A DNA stretch of 63,792 bases, filler included, from Choristocarpus tenellus KU-1152 (Eukaryota > Protista > Phaeophyceae), in assembly GCA_964200185.2 (NCBI GenBank). It is 14 parts of 14 records of this genome, joined end to end, with 100 filler letters (N's around TTAATTAATTAA, not from the genome) between each part and the next. Parts side by side here need not be neighbours in the genome. Positions count along the whole stretch, not along the records: positions 9,816 to 16,420 come from CAXNAD020007767.1; positions 16,521 to 20,203 come from CAXNAD020018536.1; positions 20,304 to 24,572 come from CAXNAD020015370.1; positions 24,673 to 29,440 come from CAXNAD020013137.1; 10 more parts are not named here. One strand, written 5' to 3'. Under the pieces are notes generated by a model that ran no database searches, was not told the DNA's origin, and saw nothing but the letters and a program-made list of their open reading frames with translations. Positions within the stretch are counted from its first letter, which is position 1; every line of letters starts with the position of its first letter. Both the position numbers and the translations under genes were made by a program. Below, piece after piece: positions 12,650 to 24,763 of the stretch.

Positions 12650-13146
12650 TGTTACAGCGCGCTCCAGAAGCTTACTTCCACAGGATGTGTAGCTCCAATC
12701 CACAGTCCTATAGATGACGCTGATGTTCGTACAAGGCTCCCAGCATACCCCAACAGTCAAAGGGGTTCAATCTACAGGTTAACGAACGTCAGCTCAGCAG
12801 AGCAGGGGTACTCTTAATGAATCAATAAGCATGAGAATGGGAATCGGTATCAGTTAAGAGTGATCCTGTGTGTGTGTGTGTGTTTTGTTTTGTTTTTGAG
12901 CCCTTTTGGGAACTGAGCCATTTGGAGTCGTTTTTAATATCTCTTATCATCATTTACCGTTAGGGTTTCTTCGGTTTACAGATGTTGGAATACATCTGAG
13001 AACAGCTGCGACCTTCCCAAGTTACAAATTATATTCTGCAACTTTAGAGTAAATCGGGGTTCCCCCTTTTGGGGTTCCCCACCCGTGTACACTACCCGCG
13101 CCGGTTAAAGCGCGGGAAGAAATACTCGCGCTATTCGCCTGTAACA
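12650..13146. mobile_element. LTR-like arm 1 (497 bp)
   Basis: TGTTAC...GTAACA termini; reverse complement of 13284-13773; related partial copy at ~41595. Confidence 0.8.
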
Positions 13147-13283
13147 TGCCCCCCATCGTGAACTAGGTATACATGTTTCACGCTTACCACAGGCGATTGT
13201 CACCGGTTAAGACAATAGATATCATCCGTCACCTCAGATCATGCTGCGGCAGCATATATATATATATATATATCCTTGTTTTT

Positions 13284-13773
13284 TGTTACAACAGGCGAAT
13301 GGCGCTAGTATTTCCTCCCGCGCTTCAACTGGCGTGGGTAGTGTACACGGGTGGGGAACCCCAAAAGGGGGAACCCCGATTTACTCTAAAGTTGCAGAAT
13401 ATAATTTGTAACTTGGGAAGGTCGCAGCTGTTCTCAGATGTATTCCAACGTCTGTAAACCAAAGAAACCCTAACGGTAAATGATAAGAGATATTAAAAAC
13501 GACTCCAAATGGCTCAGTTCCCAAAAGGGCTCGAACACTCACAGGATCACTCTTAACTGATACCGATTCTCATTCTCATGCTTATTGATTCATTAAGAGT
13601 ACCCCTGCTCTGCTGAGCTGGCGTTCGTTAACCTGTAGATTAGACCCTTTGACTTTCGGAGTATCCTGGGAGCCTTGTACTGGGAGCCCTGTATGAACAT
13701 CAGCATCATCTATAGACCTGTGGATTAGAGCTACACATCCTGTGGAGGTACGCTTCTGGAGTGCGCTGTAACG
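13284..13773. mobile_element. LTR-like arm 2 (490 bp), inverted relative to arm 1
   Basis: TGTTAC...GTAACG termini; colinear reverse complement of 12650-13146. Confidence 0.8.
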
Positions 13774-16700
13774 CATCCCCTTTAGCAGTTCTTCTTCATG
13801 ACATATTCTTCTTCTGGTTTTGGTGTTTGGGATGTTTGGTCAATTGTCAAACGCATTTTCACTCATCCTATATCTGAATTGACCCATGTCGCCAATTCCG
13901 GTTCACTCATGCAAGGGTGGTGAAGAGAATCACTGGGCAAGATGGACCAGACGGACCCAAGACGAACTGTAACTGAGAGGACGAGGTCAAGGTTGGACAA
14001 GTGCAAAGACTGCAGAGATTATTGCAGATAATTCCAGAGTGATGATAATCTGATGAGAGGGAGATCATCAGAATGTCAAGATGTGACAACTAAGAGAATA
14101 TTTGATGTTTGAGATCTCTGGTTGAAGAGATGTCCACTACTTCTGGGATGGGTTTCTTGAAAAGATTCCACTTCTGAATCTTATGAAAGATGCTCCATCG
14201 GAGTCCGGGATTCCTCACAAGGAACCTTGATCGGTATGACGGTATATGACGCACGGAAAATACGGCATGACGACAGAAACCCTGCTTTCCACAGTAGTGT
14301 GCATTATACTCCCTCTCTCTATCCTGTAAGTCTGCGGCGTTATGAATTTTCACTTTTTGTTTTGACTGTTTCTTCACGAATACGAACACTTTCCAAGTGA
14401 TATATGGCTCAAATTGAAGCTGTGGATATAGCTGTTCGGAAGGTATTTTTTGTTTTCTCATTTGTTCCGAAAAAAGTCTGAATCTGTTCCGATAATTGAA
14501 ACGGAAAAACAGTCCTTTTTGGTTCCATTTTTAGTGGCTGTGCTGTCCCTGGCCAAGGGTACAATGCCTCCTCATCATCACACATCTCAGTACCTTACTA
14601 CCAAGAGCCGTACAACTCTCGCTTTGCCTCTGGACCATCTGCATGCGAGCCCCGTACTGAAACAGCAAGGAACAGCATCAATTACAGAAGCGGCCTCAAC
14701 ATGATTCACAGTGGTGCTACTACTATCCCATCTGCCGCTATACTACAAAAAAAAACGCGGACAGGACCAAGAATGAGCTGGCAAGGCTTCAATTCAGAGC
14801 AACACTGAGTTGGGTCCAGCACAAGATCTGAGGAAGTGGGGTGATGACAAGTGGGATGACTCAACCCAATGCTTGAGGAATAGCACACAAATGGAGGCAG
14901 CAGCAGAATTGGTTGTAGTAAGACAAGTTGCTGAAAATGTTAGTATGAGAAGTAATGCAGTGTGTAGTTCCTCTCACGGACAACAGGTCAGGATAGTCCT
15001 CAGACAGAGTGAACATAATAATAGAAAAACTGTATTGAGGATCGAAGTACCTAATTTTCCGTCCATTTATGCCTGCGGGATCCTCTTGCACTGTGTAAAT
15101 GTCGTGTTTTTTGGCTACATTGAGTTCTCTCTTTTTCCTCTCTATATAATACATAAAACCATACTGCTATGTTTGCAGCTTTCATGTATCTTCTGAACTA
15201 ATGGACAAGTTCCTGCCTTTTCCCTAAGGAACCTTCAGGATCGCAGATTTACAACAAGTAGTAGGACCAAACTATTCTCAAATACTGTCATACATTGCAG
15301 AGGGCAGTGGTGGTGCCATTTGAGTTGAGAGGAGCAAAAGGTGCAACCAGTTTAGGTATACAATGCACAGTACTTGATGACAAAATATGAAATAGAATGA
15401 TAGTTTGCTGCCTTGAACCACCTTGGTGATGACACCCAACTCTCAGCAATTGTTTGATTCTCTCTCTTCAAATATCCAGGGGATATTTTTGTTGGCCAGC
15501 ATGGTCTCCAAGCGCTGAGAAGGTTCCAAGCTAGTGTGTTCAAATCAAGGCCTTTACTTGCCCCACTTTGGTCTCAAAATTAAGTATTTCTTATTTATAT
15601 TTGAAACATACATTCCACATACAGGTCTGGCCAAGGCTAACCTGACCCAACATTCCAATAAAAAATATTGGCATTTATATTAGTGCTTTGCAGCAAGTGA
15701 GCGATGGTGATCATGCATTATTCCATATATTATCACTAATTTTGACTTTATGGTGTCATCCTTCATGCTGAATACTACAGTATAACAAACCAAGCTTCCT
15801 ATACTCAGATGAACAACAGGTGAATGAAATGGTACGTATACTTGACAAGAAGAATAGCCTGGTGGTTTCATAACCAACAAAAGCCAACACAACAACTCCT
15901 GATTAACAATGCTATAAAGTGCTGCCTATGCACGTAGAATCACCCTTTAGAGCAGTCTCACAATGCTGTAATAGTGCTCCTATATTGCCGTCTGCAAGTC
16001 AGGGTGGGGGGGGAAGGACTGGGCCAGCATAACTGTACCTTAGATCCTGATTGGTTGACAGGAATGAAAATATCTAACGAGAATATTCATCACAACAGTA
16101 TCAAATTTTGGTGAAACCATCCCCACGGTGCCCATTTCCTACTGCACACATATTGTAAGATTATCGAAATTCAAGGACAATTTATGTCTTCAATCCCCAC
16201 AGGATCAAGCTCCATCCAAGAAAGATGTCAAATTCATCGCCATTACCTTGAAAAAAAGGAAAAGAGTCAATTTTGAACACTGTGTGTGATATTCTTATTT
16301 TCAAGGCAAAAACCACAACACCATGGGCAGGAAGTTTTCACCTCTGGATCTATGCTTCTCCTTGTCTCCTCCTTGTCCCCCCCCCCCACCCATTCATGTT
16401 AGCTTCTACTTGCAAGTGAGNNNNNNNNNNNNNNNNNNNNNNNNNNNNNNNNNNNNNNNNNNNNTTAATTAATTAANNNNNNNNNNNNNNNNNNNNNNNN
16501 NNNNNNNNNNNNNNNNNNNNAATATGTAGGCCCCTTTATTCTGTCGAACCAGTGCACCCCCCCCCCCCCCCTCCCAGATACTTCGACCCTAACAGTATAG
16601 TAATCGTCTTTGCAAAGAAGAAATCTCTAAAATGTACATATCTTTTGAAACTATCAACACAACAACAATACCCCCTTTAAACATATTACAAAGTAAAGTG

Positions 16701-16918
16701 TACACTACTCCTTCTGTACTTCTAGCCTAACTTAGCCTTACATCATCAGTCAGTGTTACAGAATTTTTGTTCGTTTTTGATCGGTGATATAGTATGATTA
16801 TATTTTACTAAAATAAATGTTGACCGAATTAATGAGCAATATCACTTGTACAGGTAAGATGTATCATTTTTCATTACGGTTCTCATACCCTCAAATATTC
16901 TGGAGTCGAAAAAGTCAA

Positions 16919-17183
16919 GAGTCGAACCAACTGAGAGGTAGGCGGGGTTGCATTTTAAGGGTCCTGAGAAATGGCAAAACAACGCATTTTTGTCCATTTG
17001 TAGAATGAAGGTTTTCTCAATTGTGGTGTGACTTTGTGTGTGGAAGAGGGTGGTATAATTTTTCTGTACACTCCTATGTACATATAGGTAAAAAGAAACG
17101 GAACATATATTTCAAAGGGTAAGAAATATGATTTAGAGTGAGAAAGGGGATCAAACCTGCCTACCTCTCCGTTGCTTTGACAC
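16919..17183. mobile_element. MITE family D (~260 bp)
   Basis: TIRs GAGTCGAACCAACTGAGAGGTAGGC / GCCTACCTCTCCGTTGCTTTGACAC; CAA on both flanks. Confidence 0.8.
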
Positions 17184-17307
17184 CAAACAGGACGAAAGTG
17201 ATGTGGTAATGGTCAGAACCCATATGTACATGTACTTCGAAGTATATATGTCCACAGTAATATACAAATACGGTGTATTCCTCTCCTACTCTTTCTTGAT
17301 ATTTTGA

Positions 17308-17331
17308 GGGGGTTAGGGCTAGGGTTAGGGT
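17308..17331 (+). repeat. Short interstitial TTAGGG-type repeat
   Basis: GGTTAGGGCTAGGGTTAGGGT. Confidence 0.6.
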
Positions 17332-17342
17332 CATATATGGAT

Positions 17343-17609
17343 GCGCCTAACCAATCGAGAGCTCGGCGGGTTTGGACCCATTTTTTGCATTCTAAAGCAC
17401 GTTTCTTACAGTGTCCAATATACTGTTTTATTGCCATATATGTACATAATTATGTACACAAAATTGATATCCCCCCTGTTCACACACAAAGTGACACCAC
17501 ATTTCGGCAAAGAGGTTCTTTCTGCAATTATTGAACAAAATTGCGTATTTTTGCCCTTTCTCTGGATCCGTGCAATGCAACCCTGCCTATCTCTCTATTG
17601 GTTTAGCCG
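17343..17609. mobile_element. MITE family D, inverted relative to the 16919 copy
   Basis: Colinear with 53052-53308 (AACCAATCGAGAG..GGTTTGGACCC..AAAATTGATATCC..CAAAGTGACA..GGATCCGT..CAACCCTG). Confidence 0.8.
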
Positions 17610-17992
17610 ATGCTGATATGGATATGATATCGGAGGTCTGGTTATTAACACATTGCTTATGTCTTGTCTCAACCTCTCCTTTCTATATGTATCAGGAAAG
17701 AGAAGGATCCAAATCTACTCCATGCATACAAAAAGGTTTATACAAGAGTGGTCACTAAAAAGATTTCATTTTGAAAAATATATATATAATAGGTCTCCTG
17801 TCTCCTATAAACAAATGTGTATAGTTTTGGTTTACTACCCAATTTTTTTATTTTGCTCTCTCACATTTTTTCAGATGTGCAATCGCACCTTCATCATACC
17901 GCACCCCCCACCGTCGGGGGGAAATTTCCGAACTAGCTACCAGCCCACCCTAAAAATGACCCCAACCATTTACGATCATATCATGATATTCT

Positions 17993-18053
17993 TATTATTA
18001 AGCCCTCTGACATTTTCCAGATGTGTCAGAGGGGAAACCAATGAAAACTATAC
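17993..18053 (-). mobile_element. Isolated RLE-LINE 3' end
   Basis: TTATTATTAAGCCCTCTGACATTTTCCAGATGTGTCAGAGGGGAAACCAATGAAAACTATA. Confidence 0.75.
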
Positions 18054-20134
18054 AGATATCCATTTGATGTTAGTAGTAAAGATATTGAAAGGTTGCGATT
18101 ACTTGTAACTCCTAGGTTCCTAATCCAACCAAAAGTTACAATAACGTCAGAAGAACCAGTGATGCGACCAAATGAAAAATGATTTTTGTACAAATTTTCG
18201 GTCATTTCATATCTTATGAAAGGACCAAACAGTGACAAATAAATGGTACAGTCACTAATATGACTACAAGAGAAAGCAAGAACCATTAACGGTGTAAATA
18301 TATAAACACCAATAATTATGTGTCTTGAAGAAATCCCCTCAACTGTTATCTATTTTTTCATTCTTATTATTATTCCTTAAGTTTGTCCACAAATTCTTTC
18401 TCCCACATAAATATAATCTTTGTAACATTTTATAAATACACTTCACAACAATTCTTCAGAATCCTATGTACGATGTATGATAAATTCTACGTAGTTTGAG
18501 AAAGGCTACATAGAACAAGTTGTCATCTTGGAAGAAACAAAAAATACAACGAAAGAAGAAAGAAATTTATAAAAAACTCATTCACCTACTGAAAGAACGC
18601 CGTCCAAGAGAAGCCCACTTACATACACTTGTGATATGATGACATCATTAATAACTTTATCGTATCTCAAATTGAGTGCTACACCGAGTTCATACAATCC
18701 GAACACACTTAATCAGGTATCACGTGGAGGAAAGGGGGACAAAAGAATAACCAGTTACCCCCAAAGCAGCATTCAACAGATAGTGTTGACTGTACGTGTG
18801 TGCCCTCGTCTACTTAGGTGATCTTTGACTGCTTACTTGGCGTGACATGCCATATCATAGCTTCCCTGGAATTGCCACTTTCCTTGAACACCTTTTATGT
18901 ATCATCAACCACACTAGTCCTCATATCACGTAATTTTGTAAATTTGACCTTGCCTCAACTGTGATCCCAAACTCTTAACCTCGTCCTGCTGGCACATCCA
19001 CCAGTTCTTCTGTTCTCCTTGCTTTCGTTTTCCTTCAAAGTTCCCCACACATCAATGGCTTTGGGAGGCACTCATTCCCCATGCGTGCAACCTACCCTGT
19101 GAACAGGGACCTACGTTATGCACAGTCACCTCCATACTGTCGCGCCCAAGTCCTCTCAAGAAAAAACTTTGTAATACTAACATTGATCGGTGTATTCCAT
19201 TTGTGAAATCCATATGGCATTGGAGGAATTCGTGGTGGTGAGAGCAAACAAGCTTCATACTAGTGTAGTGGACCTAGTGGAAGTGTCGATGGCACATAGC
19301 TGTATTATGAACGACAGGATCATGAGCTCTTTAGCCTTCAACATTCTAATGTCAAGCTCTCGAAAGATAAATCTAACACTGCCTGCGGTTCTGTAATAAA
19401 AGCTCTTGGTATTTCGTGCAGAAACAATCCCAGCCTATTAAAACCCGTCCTCTTACCTTCAGGGTGACATCAGCTATATCATTGTTGTTGGTGCCTCCAA
19501 GGCAAACAATAATGTCAGTTCGATTGTTGCATTGCAACCCAAAGCCTAGTGCAGATGTGCAGAATGCCTCCAGCCTAGTTGTCATGTTGCCCAAGGCACG
19601 TCTTTTCTGCCTTTAACTCAAACAATGTCAACTCGAATGGCCTGACCACCTTCACAATCACTATCACCAGCACGGTCTAACTTATTTGAGCGTCTGGCAA
19701 ATCACCCACAACATCAGTGCATAGAGCTTGACCCAGGAAGTGCCAACTCCCACCAAGAAATACCTACTCCCTGTTGCTTATCCGCCTCCTCTGAGAGCTG
19801 GTTGTTTATCGTAGCTCCCCTGATAATAACAACAGCATCCTTGGAGATGGCTGGGTCAACATTGGACTTCAAAAGCGTTACACTCAGTACTTGTGGTGAA
19901 CAAGACGTTGAAAGGGGATGCGGACAAGAATACACCCTTGGAGAAGGCATTGTCTAACCTCAAACTACTACTAGTAGTAGTCCGTACACTTTCCATCATC
20001 AATGCTATGACGCACGCCCACATTCCCTCACGGGCCATCATATGTTCTCGTGCATTCTGAACTTGGCAAGCACAACCACAGCAGCAGATCCAAGTCAACA
20101 CCGAGTCGCGTATGCTTTCTGTAGGCTAACAAAA

Positions 20135-20203
20135 GGCTCAAAGTATCTGGGAGGGGGTGGCGGCTGTCCATTTGGGGTCAACTTTTTCATGTCGCAATAT
20201 TTG
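20135..20203. mobile_element. MITE family C terminus (cut by linker)
   Basis: GGCTCAAAGTATCTGGGAGGGGGTGGCGGCTGTCCATTTGGGGTC. Confidence 0.8.
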
Positions 20204-20384
20204 NNNNNNNNNNNNNNNNNNNNNNNNNNNNNNNNNNNNNNNNNNNNTTAATTAATTAANNNNNNNNNNNNNNNNNNNNNNNNNNNNNNNNNNNNNNNNN
20301 NNNCCACTAATTGATTGTTCCATTACTCCATATATATTTTACCGTAACTGTCCGATAGAGTTGCAAGAGTCTAATCGAACATTT

Positions 20385-20489
20385 CAGAGTATTTCCGAGT
20401 AGGCAAAATGTCGTAAAAAGACTCGTGGGAAGCCAAGCCACCAACGGACAAACAGGGCAAGATTCGTATCCTCCAAGATACGTTCACTC
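20385..20489. mobile_element. MITE family A, partial
   Basis: GAGTAGGCAAAATGTC...GGACAAACAGGGCAA...AAGATACGTTCACTC. Confidence 0.75.
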
Positions 20490-21363
20490 GCAAGGAGAGG
20501 CCATGGTACACAAAGACGACACACTTGCACTCTGGGAAACTATTGCAGTGCAGTGTTACACAACACCAAGTTCATTCCTGTATGTTGTAAGACATTTCTC
20601 CAGATAGCTAAATTGGGAATAACCTAGGCAGTGAAATGTTTTTGCAAGGCGTTTGGTTTTTTCGAAAATGTTGCAAGTGTATGCTTGGCTAGGACAATAG
20701 GTAGACACGCTTCCCGAGGTCACCTACGGCTTACGGATCGTAGTTGAAGTAGGATGTATTGCAACTACAAGTTGTATCAAAGGGCAGGGCATAAAGTAGG
20801 TTTTTTTTACAGCCATATTTCTATCCCCACTCAGATGCTAGTGGTAATTCCTTGTTCCAGGTCATTCTACAGAGCAATCAGTACGGTAATGAAGGAGGAT
20901 TAAGCTCCAAGGATTCTGGTACGGAAGTTATCTCGAAGCCCTTGAATCTGCACAATGTGTAAGATATGTGATGCCCCTACACATCAAAATCAGTACTGCA
21001 GATGAGTAGTGCAGCTAGAAGAGAGAGAGGAACCCAGAAAATATTTTAATCTGTTGATACCAGCCAACCTAGTCTTCTTCTTAGGATATTCCAAAATGTT
21101 GTGTACTGACTGATCCAGCTTTTTAATTTGCAGTTATACACTCCTCTCTTCAAAAAGAGAAACAAACAAAAAAATCTCCACTATAGCCGTGTAGCGAGCC
21201 TTTGGTGTTTATGGTGTGAATACAAAGTTATATTGGGGATTGAGCGCTATGAATTGCCAATCAACATATCTGTAGTAGTTTGTCACCCAAGCGCACACAG
21301 ACTTTGTGTTCTTCGCATAATACTACTTGTGCTTTTCCCCATCTCTCATGCCATAATAAGCAG

Positions 21364-24230
21364 GAGGCACTGATCACTTTGATCCTGATAACGGAGCTGC
21401 CTATAGTGTGGCACGATGTGGCATCCTTTTCTGCAGCTCTCAAGGTCAGTAAATCAACAGACGCTTGCATGGAGTGAAGAGTCTAGAATCCTTTCTCGAT
21501 TTATTCATAATGATTGATTACCCTACTGGATGTACCTACTACCTATCTATGTTGACTATGCATCTTTTGGCGATGGGAATTTGGGGAAGTTTTGCGACTG
21601 TCTGAGAAAAAATGAAAAGGCACCAGATATTGAAAAATGGAATGATATAGAATGGAGTATAAGTTTATTGCACTGTAACAGTAGAGCACTGGCGCATCCA
21701 CACATACCACCCTGCTGACCAGACTGTCACTACCACATTTTAAATGGTGGAACTTTCCTATTTGATCTGGCGAAGTAGCTTGAAATGATTTGTACTTTGA
21801 CCTGTTTCCTTCAAGGTCGATATAGTCTCACGCCAAACCGAGAGACCTCTAGTCTAGCTAGTAAAATATGCAGGGGTTGGTTCTAGTTGACGGTAGGGCA
21901 TAACTTGGTAAATTGAAATCGTGATAGTTTCCTTGAGTATACTTCACAACATCAGTGATAAACTTCGTACCATCATATCATCCTGCCAACCACTCATGTC
22001 TCGTTATGAGAAGTCTGGGACATCATGTGTTCCCAAATTAGAAGGGGACCTGCACATAAAAAGGTTGCTGAATTTTATCCTGACTCTATCAACGATACAG
22101 CTTCATGACCCGTGATGAGGACTCCCTGAATACCCATCCCCATACGCATGAACTGGGTACAACAAGATTTCATTAACCAAGGAAGTATCGTATATCATTT
22201 CAGTGACCTTAATGGTGAGCTATTGATATTTCTCGAACGTGGTTTGTGTTCTTGCATATATTGTCAACTCCGACAACCTGGCAACTACACTCAAATATCA
22301 CAAATATGAAGGCTTCCCCAGCAACACTACCCCATCCAACCTCACACGCACATTCCTGATGCAGTCGCCTAAGGACCTGGCTGGTGTCCCAGAGTTAGAG
22401 GATCAATGGGCATATCGCCCAAAGCAGCAGCATGCACTCCTCTTGCACCTGTTTGAGTGGAAGAAAGCAAAGGAAGGAAGGGAGATTGTGTTGCTGGCTG
22501 GGGCTGGGGAGGGTGTAGGTTGTGGGGCAGAAACAACGATAGAACTGAGAATGAGAAGTACCAAGTATAAAGATCCTTCCTTGTCGCCAATGGCAAGCAT
22601 ATCAAAGAACAGAGGTGTGGGAGCGGCAACAGAAGGTCCTTCAGTATCCAAGGTTCGATCAACATTGTGTACTTTGCACTAACAGAGCGCTTTTCTGTTT
22701 TCCACAAATGCTTCTTTGTTAATGTGGTCCACGGGTAGAGAAGAAAATCCAACACATTATGCTCAAGTTGAGGAGTCGTCGGTAATGGGTGGGCAGGGTG
22801 GTATAATCAGGGCTTACTTGTGTGAAGTTGATAGCTCTATGCTAGGAAGTAGGGATATTTCAACATCACCAAATGAATCGGGCTCAAAGGCACAGGAAGA
22901 ATATGAGTCCCAGACCCCAAAAAAGCCACTTTGAACAGCATAAAGTGCTGCCATGGGGTCAAAGTATCTGAGGGGGGGTGTCAGCGTCCGTTTTTCATCT
23001 TTTTTTCGATTTTCAATTTTTGGTGTGATTTGGTCGCAACTGTCGGATTTGAAATGTAAGCAAGAAAAAGAGTTGTTTGACCGAAACGGACGCCCCCTCA
23101 CAAACCACCCCCCACTCCCAGATACTTTGACCAATCTCTACATACCGTGTATGGTAAGGAGAGTCAAACAGAAAAACACTATTGATCATTCTACTCACTG
23201 TTGGTGGAATGCAGAGAATGTATCATGTCCTATCAACCAACTCTTTTGATTTTCCCTAACGCATCTGGGTCCAAATCTAATCTATCTACAGAAAGGTCCA
23301 AGTAGACGGGACAAAACTGAGGTCGATGAGGAGGAGGAGATGCTGAAAAACGAGCAGATGCAGGCTCATGTAGTGGGTATATCGCAGGTGATGGGCACCT
23401 CGAGTACATGCATCAGATAGGTTTGACTTGTTGTTTCAGTTGGTTTTGGAGCGAGTGTGGAGATTTTCAAGGGTGTGCTTATACTGGTGGGTTCCGAAAT
23501 TGAAGGAGAGATAAGTCATAACTTTGAGATCTAGGGTTCACATTCGTGTGCATTCATACTACATTTTTTTTAATATCAAGCTCTTCGAAGCAGTACACTT
23601 TGTCCCTGATATGAATCAGAAAGGCAGAAGATCAATGGAAAGATATATACTAGTTTTGTATGTGTAGGATCCTCTTGAATCACTTTCCACATATATTGCA
23701 GTTCATTGCTATTTTCGTAAATGAGGCAATGCCAAGGGCTGGTGAGGGATGTCACTCCCTGCTGGCAATTTGTTAGTTCAAAAGTACAAAATGAGAGGCC
23801 TAACATTCAGATCCTATTCTGCTTCTGATATCTCTAACCCTCACGAGACAGCTACTCTCTCTCCATGATATTTTCAATCGTAGCCGTATCCCAGCCAAGG
23901 TACCCGCCTTTTGAACTCGCCAACAGCAAAAGTGGATTGTGAATGGGATTATATTTTCCTTCCCACAACGTGTGTCGCCAGCTTACCTGTGGACCAATAA
24001 CAGGAGCTCCAGTTGACCCTGCAAAGGCTGGTCCTTCCAAGGGAGAGGTACTTGTGCCGAAGACTAAGTCTAAGGAGGAGCGTGGCAGAGGTATCAAGGA
24101 TAGGGGTCAGAAAGAGGATAGAGGGCTACATACAAGCACAGCAGCAGTCGGAGATAAAGGACTGAGAGAGCAGGAACCAATGGAATTTGTTCACGTCAAG
24201 ACGGAAGGGCGGAACTACGCTCTGCTTCAG
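21364..24230 (+). CDS. Internal exons of a PhoD-like (alkaline phosphatase D fold, apparently degenerate) protein: 21364-21444, 22365-22652, 23292-23387, 23852-23899, 23981-24230
   Basis: Phase-0 AG/GT-bounded exons join in frame. LILITELPIV..ELEDQW..LLLHLFEWKK..IVLLAG, LTCGPIT and RNYALL follow the order of PhoD C-terminal motifs. Confidence 0.6.
22956..23133. mobile_element. MITE family B (~180 bp), intronic
   Basis: GGGTCAAAGTATCTG...CAGATACTTTGACC; colinear with 51774-51953. Confidence 0.88.
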
Positions 24231-24282
24231 GTTACATACTGTAATATGTTGTGGTGTTGGAGGTCTTACTGGTATATCTGTA

Positions 24283-24328
24283 GGGTCGAAGTATCTGGAG
24301 GGGTGATGCCGGCGTCCGTTTTTGACCC
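24283..24328. mobile_element. 46-bp micro-MITE of family B with TGTA TSD
   Basis: tgta-GGGTCGAAGTATCTGG...CGTTTTTGACCC-tgta. Confidence 0.75.
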
Positions 24329-24763
24329 TGTAGCACACAACTGTTCAGTATATCTAAACGTGCAATCTACTTACAACAGAGATTGTAGAGAGCCATATTT
24401 GTACACTATAGTGGTGTGATAGTGACAAAATGGAAGAATGGATACAGGAAATACCTGCAAACTTTCAACTTGTAAAACACATCCTTACTCTTGTGTATGT
24501 CTATATCAGGACGTACATACTATAGTTTTCCAAACTTTGTGGGTCAGACCCAAATTATCTGTGGGAGGGGGGNNNNNNNNNNNNNNNNNNNNNNNNNNNN
24601 NNNNNNNNNNNNNNNNTTAATTAATTAANNNNNNNNNNNNNNNNNNNNNNNNNNNNNNNNNNNNNNNNNNNNCCCCCCCCCCCCAGATACTTTGACCCCC
24701 TGGGGAAATGCAGGCACGGATACTATGTGATCTTTTATATCATGCGATATCATATCGATTCAC

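Noticed and set aside
13147-13162. tRNA-Lys-type primer binding site after LTR arm 1
   Set aside because: TGCCCCCCATCGTG lacks the TGG start and is only a loose match; it could equally be a minus-strand PPT.
14050-14072. CTGATGA as a hammerhead ribozyme core
   Set aside because: It pairs with the adjacent TCATCAG and lacks the downstream GAAA and stems I/III. The other CTGATGA hits checked also lack the topology.
21921-22115. ORF as an exon of the PhoD-like gene
   Set aside because: Its splice phases do not fit, and the flanking exons join in frame without it.
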